NCBI RefSeq assembly: GCF_036365525.1
Contig: NC_090378.1
Span: forward strand, 123,117,593-123,181,592
Origin: Heterodontus francisci
Lineage: Eukaryota
Reading direction: 5' to 3'
DNA length: 64,000 bases
In this document: positions 1 to 11,390 of the stretch, in pieces
How the letters are laid out: every line of letters begins with the position of its first letter
Position numbering within the stretch: the first letter of the stretch is position 1
Position numbers and translations under genes: made by a program
Notes under the pieces: generated by a model
Database searches by the model: none
Told to the model about the DNA's origin: nothing
What the model saw: the letters and a program-made list of their open reading frames with translations, nothing else

Positions 1-325
1 TTGATAGGTTTGATGTAGAGAAGTTATTTTATCAAGTTCGGGAATCCACAACAAGGTGACATAATCCTAAAATTAGAAGATTCGAAATCAGGAAGTACTT
101 CTTCACACAAAGGGTGGTGGAAATTGGAATTCTCTCCTCTAAAACATTGGAGATGTTGGTCAATTGACATTTTAAAGGCAGAGATTGACTGATTTTTATT
201 GGATAAGAATAACAAGGAATATGGATCAAAGGCAGGTAAATGGAGTACAGATCAGCCATGATTGAACTGAATGATGGAACAGTCTTGAAGGGGCTGAATG
301 GCCTACCCCTGTCCCTATATTCTAC
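1..325 (+). mobile_element. CR1 LINE 3' end fragment (decayed)
   Basis: Decayed ORF2 C-terminus (...RKYFFTQRVVEIWNSL-like) followed by a CR1-type 3' UTR (gggctgaatggcct...). Confidence 0.75.
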
Positions 326-524
326 ATAGCAGAGTAACAGTTAAGTGCTCATTTGGAGGCTCATATCTGGGGCTTTGTTCTTTGCTGGGTTTCTGCTTCT
401 GTGTTTACTTCCCGAGATAATAAACACAAAACACAACTTCACAAATTGAAGCAGAAGCAGCATCTTCAGCTACAGATGAAAGTTGATTTTCGCTGCCAGT
501 TCAAACTGCAGCACATTAGGGTCA

Positions 525-570
525 TTACAGTCGTAACCTTGGAGCGACTTCCAATTTCCACCAGCTGCTC
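525..570 (-). pseudogene. Candidate exon E of an unidentified minus-strand gene (possibly terminal)
   Basis: Acceptor gtccgtctccctcttatcgatactcctcag|. Phase 2 reads (R)SSWWKLEVAPRLRL* (TAA 527-525). Phase 0 reads EQLVEIGSRSK with a possible donor AAG|gttacg at 538/537. Either is compatible with exon D. Confidence 0.35.
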
Positions 571-1014
571 CTGAGGAGTATCGATAAGAGGGAGACGGAC
601 AAGTCCCCACCCTCCCCCGCTCTCCTCCACATGTGGGGGGTGGGGAATAGGTGCTTAACCGTGGTTGTAGCAGGGGGGCTAAATTTTGCTCAGGGTGGGA
701 ATACGACATTATTCCCGACTGTCCAAATCTGCTCCCTTTCCCAGACCATGGTGCCATTGACAGGAAACACTGGGTCACTAAACACTGGGCGGACACATAC
801 AACAATTTTACAGAATAAAAATTGGGTCACACTCACATTCACCTGTGTCTAAAGAATATTCTTGGTCTGATGTTGGATATTGAATCATCAGGTAACAGAA
901 ATATGTCCTTGGTATTTATTCTGGAAAAAGTAAATCCCAACAATTACTTCCAATTAAATTATGACAAGAGCTGGAGGCCACACATTCAAATTAGTAAAAG
1001 GCAGCTTCAGGACT

Positions 1015-1200
1015 AATATCAAGGAGTCTTTCTTCATATCAGAGTGACTAATCATGGAATGGATTCCCAGATAAAGTAATGGAAATGAAAGTCATGGAAG
1101 AACCAGCTGGATGCTGCATTGGGGAGACTTTAGGGTCATCATCAATGGAGGAGCTAAGGTGGGCCGAATGGCCTTCCTCTTCCATTAATATCTTGTAATA
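1015..1200 (+). mobile_element. Old CR1 3' end fragment
   Basis: Degenerate 'tttcttc..tcagagtg...atggaatggattccca' and 'gggccgaatggcctt' CR1 tail motifs. Confidence 0.5.
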
Positions 1201-1347
1201 TATAGAGGAAAGGGGCAATGTCTGTCATCGTAAATGAAAGAACTGGATATTGAGGATTAGTGACTTGTTGAAACTGAAGTGTTCACACTCTTTGTTTCAG
1301 AGGCAGGATCAGTGACACCTACAATGAGATTTTTCTCAGCAATTTAC

Positions 1348-1388
1348 CGAGACCTCAATATGCTGAGGAAATCTGTCCGAGTGTGGCA
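1348..1388 (-). pseudogene. Candidate 41-nt exon D of an unidentified minus-strand gene
   Basis: tttcactttaaatttctgtacccag|TGCCACACTCGGACAGATTTCCTCAGCATATTGAGGTCTCG|gtaaat. Reads CHTRTDFLSILRS(R) in phase 0-2 or (V)PHSDRFPQHIEVS in phase 1-0; both match an end phase of exon C. Confidence 0.45.
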
Positions 1389-1601
1389 CTGGGTACAGAA
1401 ATTTAAAGTGAAATATAACCATTATTTCAGAACATCAGGAAATCCTTTTAAAAGTGATTCACTATCTTCACAAAGACTGCTGTGATGAACCAGTTCTCTG
1501 AGGAAGATCTTAATGTGCGTGATGTTTCAAAACATTGGCTTCAAACAGAGACTAGAAACATGCTTTCCTGCCCTCTGTCAGAATAGCTACAGTGATAAAC
1601 C

Positions 1602-2800
1602 TGGGCCTAGGAATTCAGGTGCACCTATTTTTGGGAATGTGAACAATGATCCCAGTACCTGAATGGTGAAGTCCACGGCACCACCAACACTGGGTCACTG
1701 ATCTCATTTCCATTGGGCTGGTGAGTTGTGGACAGCAACAGGTTTCTCTTTCTGAGGTCTGGTCTGCACTTTGGGCCACCAGACAATCCAGTAGAAATGA
1801 GGAACTCACCACAGGAGGAAAAGTGGAGGTGGAATGGCACTGTGATACTTTGAGGAATGGCTGAACGTGTGAGAGAGCGTGCACCAAGCTTTTCTGATGA
1901 TGTGTTACAGGTCTTGGTGGAAGAAGTGGAAAGAAGGAGAGACATCCAGTATCCACAGAGAGGCAGGAACTCCTCCAGATAGATGATCAAGAGACAGTGT
2001 GAAGAAGTAATAGCAGAGCTCAATGTCAGGAGTGTTGCTCCAAGAACAAGAATGCAGGAAGAAGTTTAATGATCTGACACGAGTTGTCAAGGTGACTGAG
2101 TGCATCTTCAAATGGCAGATCCTACCAACTGCATCACTAACCTCATCCATTGCTCAATTCACCAAACCCACATCACCCAGCCACCAACAGTCTCTATAAA
2201 TCAGTATTCAACCCTTCAATTCATAGGATTTACCTCACCCTCACACACTTAGCATTACTGCCAACCTTGTACCAACAACTCACAGCTAGCACACAGCTAT
2301 TCAACCATGACAGCCACATCAAACATATTACAGGACACTCACTCTCACACTTCTCTCTTTCTTATAGGAGAAGGTGGTTCATAATAGAGGCAACAAGAAG
2401 GAACTGGAGGCGGACAAGCAGGTCTGCAGATTTTAACCCTCACGGAGGAGACAGTGCTGGTCAATATGGGAAGGGGCATCGCTGAGGCTATGGACACTGG
2501 TGGGGCTGGAGAGATCGATGATAAGGTTGTCTGTATACCTTATCCTCCTTCTCTCATCACACAATCTCTTCAGACTCTCAAGCTGCAGACGGTGTAAACA
2601 TGCACTTCTTACTTTCTCCTCTCCCCTCACCACAACCCAATCCTTGTCCATATTCATTTCAGGTACCCGAAAACTGGGAGCTTCCCAGTCAGGGAGGAAG
2701 AGGCAGAAAACAAGGAAGATAAAGAGACACCATCACTCAATCTTACACTTACAGCCACCAGTATTTTAGAGTCTAAGATAGAGGAGGGATCCAGATAGAC
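1602..2800 (+). mobile_element. Harbinger/PIF-type DNA transposon relic with an intron-containing Myb/SANT-like gene
   Basis: From ATG 1857: MAERVRERAPSFSDDVLQVLVEEVERRRDI..P....(stop)..EEVIAELNVRSVAPRT..(frameshift)KKFNDLTRVVK|gt at 2091. This resembles the NAIF1/MYPOP-type Myb/SANT domain of Harbinger elements. A second exon starts after cttatag| at ~2368. Confidence 0.7.
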
Positions 2801-2809
2801 TGATTTATA

Positions 2810-3878
2810 GATCAGAAATTGGCAAGCTGAAAGAAGACAGAGGGTGGTTGTTGATGGTAAATGTTCATCCTGGAGTATAGTTTCTAGTGGTGTACCGCAA
2901 GGATCTGTTTTGGGGCCACTGCTGTTTGTCATTTTTATAAATGACCTGGATGAGGGTGTAGAAGGGTGGGTTAGTAAATTTGCGGATGACACGAAGGTCG
3001 GTGGAGTTGTGGATAGTGCCGAAGGATGTTGTAGGGTACAGAGGGACATAGATAGGCTGCAGAGCTGGGCTGAGAGATGGCAAATGGAGTTTAATGCGGA
3101 GAAGTGTGAGGTGATTCACTTTGGAAGGAGTAACAGCAATGCAGAGTACTGGGCTAATGGGAAGATTCTTGGTAGTGTAGATGAGCAGAGAGATCTTGGT
3201 GTCCAGGTACATAAATCCCTGAAAGTTGCCACCCAGGTTAATAGAGCTGTTGAGAAGGCATATGGTGTGTTAGCTTTTATTAGTAGGGGGATCGAGTTTC
3301 GGAGCCACGAGGTCATGATGCAGCTGAACAGAACTCTGGTGCGGCCGCACCTGGAGTATTGCGTGCAGTTCTGGTCACCGCATTATAGGAAGGATGTGGA
3401 AGCTTTGGAAAAGGTGCAGAGGAGATTTACTAGGATGTTGCCTGGTATGGAGGGAAGGTCTTAGGAGGAAAGGCTGAGGGACTTGAGGTTGTTTTCGTTA
3501 GAGAGAAGGAGGAGAAGAGGTGACTTAATAGAGACATATAAGATAATCAGAGGATTGGACAGGGTGGATAGTGAGAGCCTTTTTCCTCGGATGGTGATGG
3601 CAAACATGAGGGGACATAGCTTTAAGTTGAGGGGTGATAGATTTAGGACAGATGTGAGAGGTAGTTTCTTTACACAGAGAGTAGTAGGGGCGTGGAACGC
3701 CCTGCCTGCAACAGCAGTAGACTCGCCAACTTTAAGGGCATTTAAGTGGTCATTGGATAGACATATGGATGAAAATGGAATAGTGTAGGTCAGATGGTTT
3801 CACAGGTCGGCGCAACATCGAGGGCCGAAGGGCCTGTACTGCGCTGTAATGTTCGATGTTCTATGTTCTATGTTCTAT
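2810..3878 (+). mobile_element. Young 5'-truncated CR1 LINE (RT C-terminal part, 3' UTR, (TTCTATG)n tail)
   Basis: ORFs 2844-3464 and 3483-3788 contain SGVPQGSVLGPLLF, FADD, LVRPHLEYCVQFWSP and FFTQRVV. One in-frame stop; tandem tail at 3851-3878. Confidence 0.95.
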
Positions 3879-3949
3879 AGTTAGAGTTTCTGCCAGGTTA
3901 ACTGTGTCTTAAAGGGACACGGTCTCTTTAATTACTCTTACTATTAACC

Positions 3950-5480
3950 ATTTCAGCACTGAAATGTTTCTGCCTCTACCACCCTTTCAGGCAGTGAGTT
4001 CCAGACCCCCACCACCCTCTGGCTGAAAGAATTACTCCTCAACTCACCTCTAATCCTTCCACCAATTACTTTAAGTCTATGCCTCCTGGTTATTGACCTC
4101 TCTGCTGAGGGAAATAGGTCCTTCCTATTCACTCTATCTAGGCCCCTCATAATTTTATACACCTCAATTAAACCTCCCCTCAGCCTCCTCTGTTTCAAAG
4201 ATAACAACCCCAGCCAATCCAATCTTTCCTCATAGCTGAAATTCTCCATTCCTGGTAACATCCTTGTAAATCTCCTCTGTACCCTCTCTTGTGTGATCAC
4301 ATTCTTCCTGTAATGTGGTGACCAGAACTGTACACAGTATTCTAGCTGTGGTCTAACGATCCACTGATTTAAGGTGATTGGTGGAAGGATTAGAGAGGAC
4401 ATGAGGAAACACATTTTCACCCAGAGGGTGGTGGGTATCTGGAATTCACTGCCTGGATCGGTGGTGAAGGCAGAAACCCTCAACTCATTGAAAAGGTACC
4501 TGGACCTGCACCTGAAGTGCTGTAACCTGCCAGGTTATGGACCAGGTGCCGGAAGGTGGGATTAGAATGGGCAGCTTGTTTGTTCAGCCAGCGCAGCCAC
4601 GATGGGCTGAATGGCCTCTTTCTGTGCCGTAACCTTTCTATGGTTCCAACTAGTGTTTTATACAGTTCTAGAATAACCGCCTTGCTATTATAGTCCAGGC
4701 CTCAGCTAATAATGGAAAGTATTCCGTATGCCTTTTTGACCACCTTTTCTACCTGTCCTGCTACTTTCAGGGAGCTGTGCAGATAAACTCCAAGTTCCCT
4801 CTATTCCTCTACACTTCTCAGAATCCTCCATTTATTGTATATTCATTTGCCTGGTTTGTCCTGCCCAAATTCATTCCCTCTCATTTCTCTGGATTAAGTT
4901 CCATTTGCCATTTTTCTGCTCACCTGACCAGTCCATTGATATCTTCCTGCAGTCTACAGCTTTCTTCCTCACTATCCACCACACGGACAATCTTTGCATC
5001 ATCTGCAATCTTTTTAATCATGCCCCGACATTGAAGTTTAAATCACTGATATATACACAAATAGTGAGGGACCCAGTACTGAGACCTGTGGAACCCACTG
5101 GAAAGAAACTTCCAGTCACAAAACACCTGCCAACCAGAATCCTTTGCTTCCTGTCACTGATCCAATTTCCCACTTTCCCTCGGATCCCATGGGCTTTTAA
5201 TTTTCTGAACAGTCTGCCATGTGGAACCTTATCAAAAGCCTTGCTAAACTCCATGTAGACTGCATCAAACATGCTGCCCTCATTGACGCTCCTTGTAACC
5301 TCCTCAAAAAATTCAATCAACTTAATCAGACATGACCTTCCCTTAACAAATCCAAGATCACTGTCCTGGATCAATCTGTGCCTCTCTAAATGATGATTTA
5401 TATGGTCTATCAGAATGTTTCCAATAATTTTCCCACCACTGCAGTTAGGCTGACTGGCCTGTAATTACTCGGGTTTTCCC
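3950..5480 (-). mobile_element. CR1 LINE RT fragment, interrupted by a + strand CR1 3' end
   Basis: Motifs RPQLEYCVQFWSP, GFVKGRSCL and EFSKAFDKVPH on the minus strand. Confidence 0.9.
4358..4647 (+). mobile_element. CR1 3' end nested in the opposite-strand CR1
   Basis: IFTQRVVGIWNSLP plus 3' UTR. The host sequence tgtggtctaac|...|aactagtgtttta rejoins across the insert. Confidence 0.85.
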
Positions 5481-5721
5481 TTCCTTGTGCTGTGCTAGAT
5501 ATTATTTGCTCTTTGACAGGATGTAGAATAGATTTGTTAAAATGTTACCTTGATTTCACTCAGTAGTGAGAATCGATGCAAGGTTAAGGGGTATAAAAGT
5601 ACTACTCACTTTCGGTGAGGTGATGACAACACATTAAGGTCACTAAAGACTGTTGTAATTCTGTGTAAGTAGCTGGATAAGCCACTTTATCAACACTGAT
5701 GCAGTCTCTAGTCAGATATCT

Positions 5722-5985
5722 ATGCTGTTGAGTGGCGACCAGAATTGCACACAATATTCTAAGTGTGGCCTAACTAAGGTTCTGTGCAGCTGCAGCATGA
5801 CTTGCCAATTTTTATACTCTATGCCCCGACCGATGAAGGCAAGCATGCCGTATGTCTTCTTGACTACCTTATCCACCTGCGTTGCCACTTTCAGTGACCT
5901 GTGGACCTGTACGCCCAGATCTCTCTGCCTGTCAATAGTAATAAGGGTTCTGCCATTTACTGTATACCTCCCACCTGCATTAGAC
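5722..5985 (-). mobile_element. CR1 RT fragment
   Basis: The minus strand encodes the CR1 ORF2 segment from SLKVATQVDKVVKKTY to LVRPHLEYCVQFWSP. Confidence 0.85.
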
Positions 5986-5989
5986 CTGT

Positions 5990-6335
5990 CTTGTGGGTCC
6001 TTTGCCTGTTCTAGTGCTCCTACACAGTGCTACCCCAGTGGATACAGCATGGCTGGTGGAAGGTTACTGACTTTCACTGGGGGAGACTGCAGATAGCCTT
6101 GCAGGAAGTACTCAAGCTGCTCTAGGCCGAGGAGGCCTGGCTTCAGACTGCAGCACCTCAGCATGGGTGGCAGTATTTAGCTGGCTGACTAACAGGCAAC
6201 AGCAGGGGTACTGGAGAGTGACAGTGGTGGGAATATAAACACTTTCATCCTGAGAGAGGACAGCAGGTTTGTGCTCCACGGAGCCACTGTCACTGCCCCG
6301 GGTGACACCGCCACAATCCTAGTAATCTGCTGGAG
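5990..6335 (-). mobile_element. Harbinger-like element fragment (probable continuation of 10915-11065)
   Basis: Reading ...VLQQITRIVAV... appears to continue ...AQRGLQAHTAAQ from ~10920 across the intervening CR1. The family assignment rests on my recall of shark repeats. Confidence 0.45.
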
Positions 6336-6339
6336 CACA

Positions 6340-9300
6340 GTTACAGAAATCATATAATTTACAGCACAGAAGGAGGCCATTCAGCCCATTGTGTCCACAC
6401 TATCCGACAAGGAGCCATCCAGCCTAATCCCACTTTCCAGCTCTTGGTCCATAGTCTTTATCACTTCAAGTCCATATCCAAGAACTTTTTAAATGTTACG
6501 AGGGTTTCTGCCTCTACCATCCTTTCAGGTAGTGAGTTCCAGATCCCCACCACCCTCTGGGTTAAAATGTCCCCCTGAATCACCTCTAAACCTCCTACAT
6601 CTGACCCTAAATCTATGCCTCTGGTTATGGACCCTTCAGCCAAGGGGAATAGATCCTTCCTATCCACTCTGTCGAGACCCCTCATAATTTTATAAACTTC
6701 ACTTAGGTCTCTCCTCAGCCCTCTCTGTTCCAAAGAAAACAACCCCAGCCGATCATATCTTCCCTCGTAACTAAAATTCTCCGGTCCCAGCAACATCCTT
6801 GTAAATCTCCTTTGTATCCTCTCCAGTGCAATCCCATCTTTCCTGCGGTGTGCGGTGACCAGAACTGCACACAGTACTCCAGCTGTGGACTAACTAGTGT
6901 TTTATACAGTTCCAGTATAACCTCCCAGTTCTTATATTTCATGTCTCAGTTAATGAAGACAAGTATCCCATGTGCCTTCTTGACCACCATATCTACCTGT
7001 CCAGCCACTTTCAGGGATCTGTGAACGTGCATTCCAAGGTCCCTCTGTTCCTCTACATTTCTCAGTAACCTACAATTTATTGTGTATTCCTTTGCCTTGT
7101 CAGCCTTCCCCAAATGCATTACCTCACACTTCTCCGGATTGAACTCCATTTGCCACTGCTCTGCCCACCTGACTCGTCCAATGATATTTTCCTGCAGTCT
7201 ACAGCTTTCTTATTTATTAACAACCACACGGACAATGTTTGTATTGTCTGCAAATTTCTTATTCATACCCGTTACATTGAAGTAAAGGCCTGCTCAGGTC
7301 GGGGAAAAAGAACCCAACTCAAACCAGACCGAACCACAGTGGACCCGAGCCCGACCTGGCCCGAGTCCCTCCGATTTTGCCCCAAGCCCGACCCGACCCG
7401 AGCCCGAATCGACCATCCCTTTCCTTACCTTCCGACTCGGAACCTCCAGGAAGCTACAGCATGTGTGTGATGGCATCATAGAGATGTCACTCATTCACTG
7501 CGCACACTCAGTTTCGCTGCTTGACGTCCCGGTCTCCCAGCTCAGGTAAGTTTTATTTAATTTTAATACTGACCAGAAGAGCAATAACCGCCTGTGTCCA
7601 GCCTGACCCGGACCTGGACCCGAACCCAGCCCGACCTGAGCCCGAAAGCCGGACCTGGAAGAGGGGCCCAACCCGACCTGAACCCAACACATGTCGTCGG
7701 GTCCCGTCGGGTCCCGGTCGGGTCACAGGCCTTTACATTGAAGTCCAAATCATTGACATATCCTGCAAAAAGCAAGAGACCTGGTACTGAACCTTGCAGA
7801 ACCCATTTGGAAAGTCTTCCAGTCACAAAAACACCCATCAATCCTTTGTTTCCTGCCTCTGAGCCAATTTTGAATCCATCTTGTCACTTTGCCTTGGTCC
7901 CCTGGGCTTTTTCTTTCATGACCAGTCTGTCATCTGGGTCTTTATCATAAACCTAGGTATCATCCATAGAGACTACATCAAATGCACTACCCTCATCGAC
8001 CCTCCTTGTTTCCTCTTCAAAAAATTCAATCACGTTAGTCAGACACAACCTTCCCTTAACAAATCCATGCTGAATATCTTTGACTAATCCATGTCTGTCT
8101 AAATGAATATTTATCCTGTCCCTCAGAGCTTTTTCCAATATTTTTCCCACCACTGGAGGTAGGCTGACTGGCCTATAATTACTCGGTCTATTCCTTTCTC
8201 CCGTTTTAAACAATGGTACAATGTGAACTGTCCTCCAGTCCTCTGGCACCACACCTGTAGACAGAGAATATTGGAAAATGATGGTCAGAGCCTCTGCTGT
8301 TTCTTCTCTTGCTTCATTTAACAGCCTAGGATGCATTTCATCTGGGCTTGGTGATTTAACCACTTTCAAACATGTTAAATCCCTTAATATCTCATCTCAT
8401 TATATTAGTTTTATCTAACATTGCACACTCCTCCTCCCTGATTGCAATTTCTGTATCATCCCTCTCTTTAGTGAAAACAAATGCGAATCCTCCTCCTTCA
8501 TCCACAGGTTACCCTGGTGGACCCAAATAGGCTCTACTCTTTCTTTCATTATAATCCTGCCTTTCCGTATTTATAAAACAACCTTTAGTTTTCTTGATTT
8601 TATTTGACTTGCCAATTTTTTTCATGCCCTTTCTTTGCTTTCCTAATTTCCTTTTTAATTTCACCCCTACACTTTTTATACTCCTCTCGATTTTCTGCCT
8701 TGGTATCTGTCATTAATCTTCCTGTTTTACTTTATCCTCTCCTTTCAGCCCCTTGACATCCACAAGACTCTGGATTTGTTAGTCCCACCCTTTTTCTTTA
8801 AGGGAACATACTTGATCTGAACCCTCACTATCTCTTCCTTGAATGCCTCCCACTGATCCAGCACTGATTTACTTTCAAGTAACTGTTTCCAATCCCATTT
8901 AGCTAAATCACATTTCAGCTTAGTAAAATTAGCTTTTCCCCAATTGAGAACTTTTATTCCTGGTTTGTCTTTGTCCTTTTCCATAACTATCCTAAATCAA
9001 ACTGAATTATGATCACTTCCATCAAAGTGCACCCCGTCCGATCCCCCTTCCACCTGCCCAGCTTCATTCCCTAAAATTATGTCCAGTCTCGCAATCCCTC
9101 TTTTTGGACTTGATACATACTGGATAACAATGTTCTCCTCAATGCATTTGAAGAATTCTGTGACCACTGAGTCTTTCACATAAACTCTACCCCAGTTAAT
9201 ATTGGGGCAGTTGAAATCCCCCACTATTATTGTTTAATTGTTTTTGCAGTTCTGAAATTTGTCCACATATTTGCTCTTCTCTCTCCTTCTAACAGTTTCA

Positions 9301-10800
9301 GGGTCTATAGCACACTCCCAGTAGTGTGATTGCCCCTGTTTTGTTCTTCAGTTCAACCCATATGGCAACATTTGTTTATCCTTCCACCTTATCTTCTCTC
9401 CTCACAGCTATAATTGTTTCTTTAATCAATATTGCAACTCACCCCCTCCTGAGATATCCCCATCTCTGTCTCGTCTGAAAACCCTGTAATTAGGAATGTT
9501 GAGCTGCCATTCCTGCCCTTCTTTCAGCCATGTCTCAGTAATAGCTATAATATCATAGTGCCATGTTGTCAATCTGTGCTCTCAGCTCATCTGCCTTATT
9601 TCCTCAACTTGTATTGAAGTATATATTATTTAGCTTTGTCAAACTCCCTTGTTTATTTTCTAACCTTCGTTTTCTCTGCCTTCCAAACACGCTGACTAAT
9701 TTACTGCCTTCCATTTCCAACTTTACTTCTCTCTCTTCTGAATCTAATCTCAGGTTCCCATCCCTGTGCTCAGCTAGTTTAAACTCTCCCCAACAGCACG
9801 AGTAAAACTCACTGCGAGGATATTGGTCCCGGCCCTGTTGATTTGCAAACAGTCCGTCTTGTCCAGGTCCCACCTCCTCCAGAAGCAGTCCCAAAGCCTC
9901 AGGAATCTAAAGCCCTCCCTCCTGCATAATATCTCCAGCTCTATGTATTCATCAGCTCTATCTTCCTATTTCTGTACTCACTAACGCGTGGCACTGGGAG
10001 TAATCTGGAGATTAATACTTTGGAGGTTCTGCTTTTCAATCTCCCTCCTAGCTGCCTAAATTCTGCATCAGGACCTCATCCCTCCTTCTGCCTCTGTCAT
10101 TGGTGCCAATATGGACCACGACCTCTGGCTGTTCACTCTCCCCTGTCAGAATGTCCTGCTGACTCTCAGTGATATCCTTGTCCCTGGCACCAGGGAGGCA
10201 ACATACCATCATGGTAACACCTCTGTAGTCACAGAAGCACCTGTCTATTCTCCTCACTATCGAAGTCCCTCCCACTATTGCTCTTCAACTCTTCTTCCTC
10301 CCTCCCTGTACAGCTGAGACACCCATGGTGCTGTGGACTTGGCTCTGCCTGCACACCCCAGTGGAACCATCACTCTGACCAGTATTCAGAACTGAATACC
10401 AGTTAGAGATTGAGACGCACTCATGGGATCACTGTCCTGCATGCCTGGTCCTCCTTGTTCTTCTGGCCCTCACCCATTCCCCCTCTGCCAGCACATTTTT
10501 AAACTGCAGGGTGACCACCTCCAGAAAGCTCTCAGCCTCGTGGATGCTGCATGGTGACTCCAGTCACTGCTCAAACTCCGAAACCCAGAGCATGAGCTGC
10601 TGTAACCGGTGACACTTCCTGTACATGTGGTCATCCAGGTCATGAGAAGTGTCCAGGATTTCCCACATGACACAGGATGTGTATTCCACGGGGCTGAGGT
10701 TCCCTGCCATGTTTTACTTTCTAGACTAGTATCTAGAAACACTTAGAGCTGATCACCAGGTCTCGCTGTCTCCCGCTTCATCACTCAGACTGCTCCGTGT
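6340..10800 (-). mobile_element. Near full-length decayed CR1 LINE: ORF1 (Zn-finger/zipper + SGNH esterase) and ORF2 (APE endonuclease + RT)
   Basis: ORF1 ATG at 10710 (MAGNLSPVEYTSCVMWE..RKC..LQQL); esterase motifs CCLPGA and VVVHIGTND; endonuclease GDFN and SDHN; RT NYRPVSL, QHGFVKGR and QGSV. Many stops and frameshifts. Confidence 0.92.
7283..7735. mobile_element. Non-autonomous hAT-type MITE inserted in the CR1 RT region
   Basis: Perfect 10-bp TIRs TAAAGGCCTG (7283-7292) and CAGGCCTTTA (7726-7735); 8-bp TSD CATTGAAG (7275-7282 and 7736-7743); many subterminal CCCGAC/CCCGAG motifs. Confidence 0.9.
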
Positions 10801-10914
10801 TTTGCAAAAGATCAGAACAGAATCTCTTCAGTCATTGCACTGAATTCTCTCAATCCCCAATTCTCCGAGTTTGGTATCTGTTGAAGCAGTACTCCATCAA
10901 GCTGGACTTGGTGC

Positions 10915-11065
10915 TGGGCTGCTGTGTGAGCCTGCAAGCCCCTTTGAGCACTGGCATCCACAGCCATGATGGCAGCAGTCAGAGCCTGTGTGGCAGCAAG
11001 CTCAGATTACAATACCACAGTCTGAGCTTCCACTGGAGCACTCAGACATTGGGGTGGCCTCTACT
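10915..11065 (-). mobile_element. Harbinger-like element fragment
   Basis: Decayed reading APVEAQTVVL*SELAATQALTAAIMAVDASAQRGLQAHTAAQ. Confidence 0.4.
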
Positions 11066-11390
11066 TGTACTGCAATTCACTCATCCATGTCTCTGATACT
11101 CTGGAAATGTTAATGTGCTCACTTGTGTTTATATTAATCAAATCATCAGAGGAATTTGTAACAGCAATATAATCATGGAGCTTCAGAGGGCAATATAACC
11201 ATTGAAACAGGATGATTTGAAGGGATAGAGAGGAATAAAGAGCCTTTGCTGGCTCCATGTGGTTATTCTGATATCACTTTTATGTATCTTTGATGTGCTC
11301 TGATTCAGTGGCAGTATGAATGGAATGTAGATGTAGATAAAGTAGAATTAGGATAAGACTTGTGAGTGAAACACTGCATGTTGTATTCAT

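Noticed and set aside
1301-1392. Plus-strand exon (GRISDTYNEIFLSNL...)
   Set aside because: Weak donor and no partner exons on +; the overlapping minus-strand exon has better signals.
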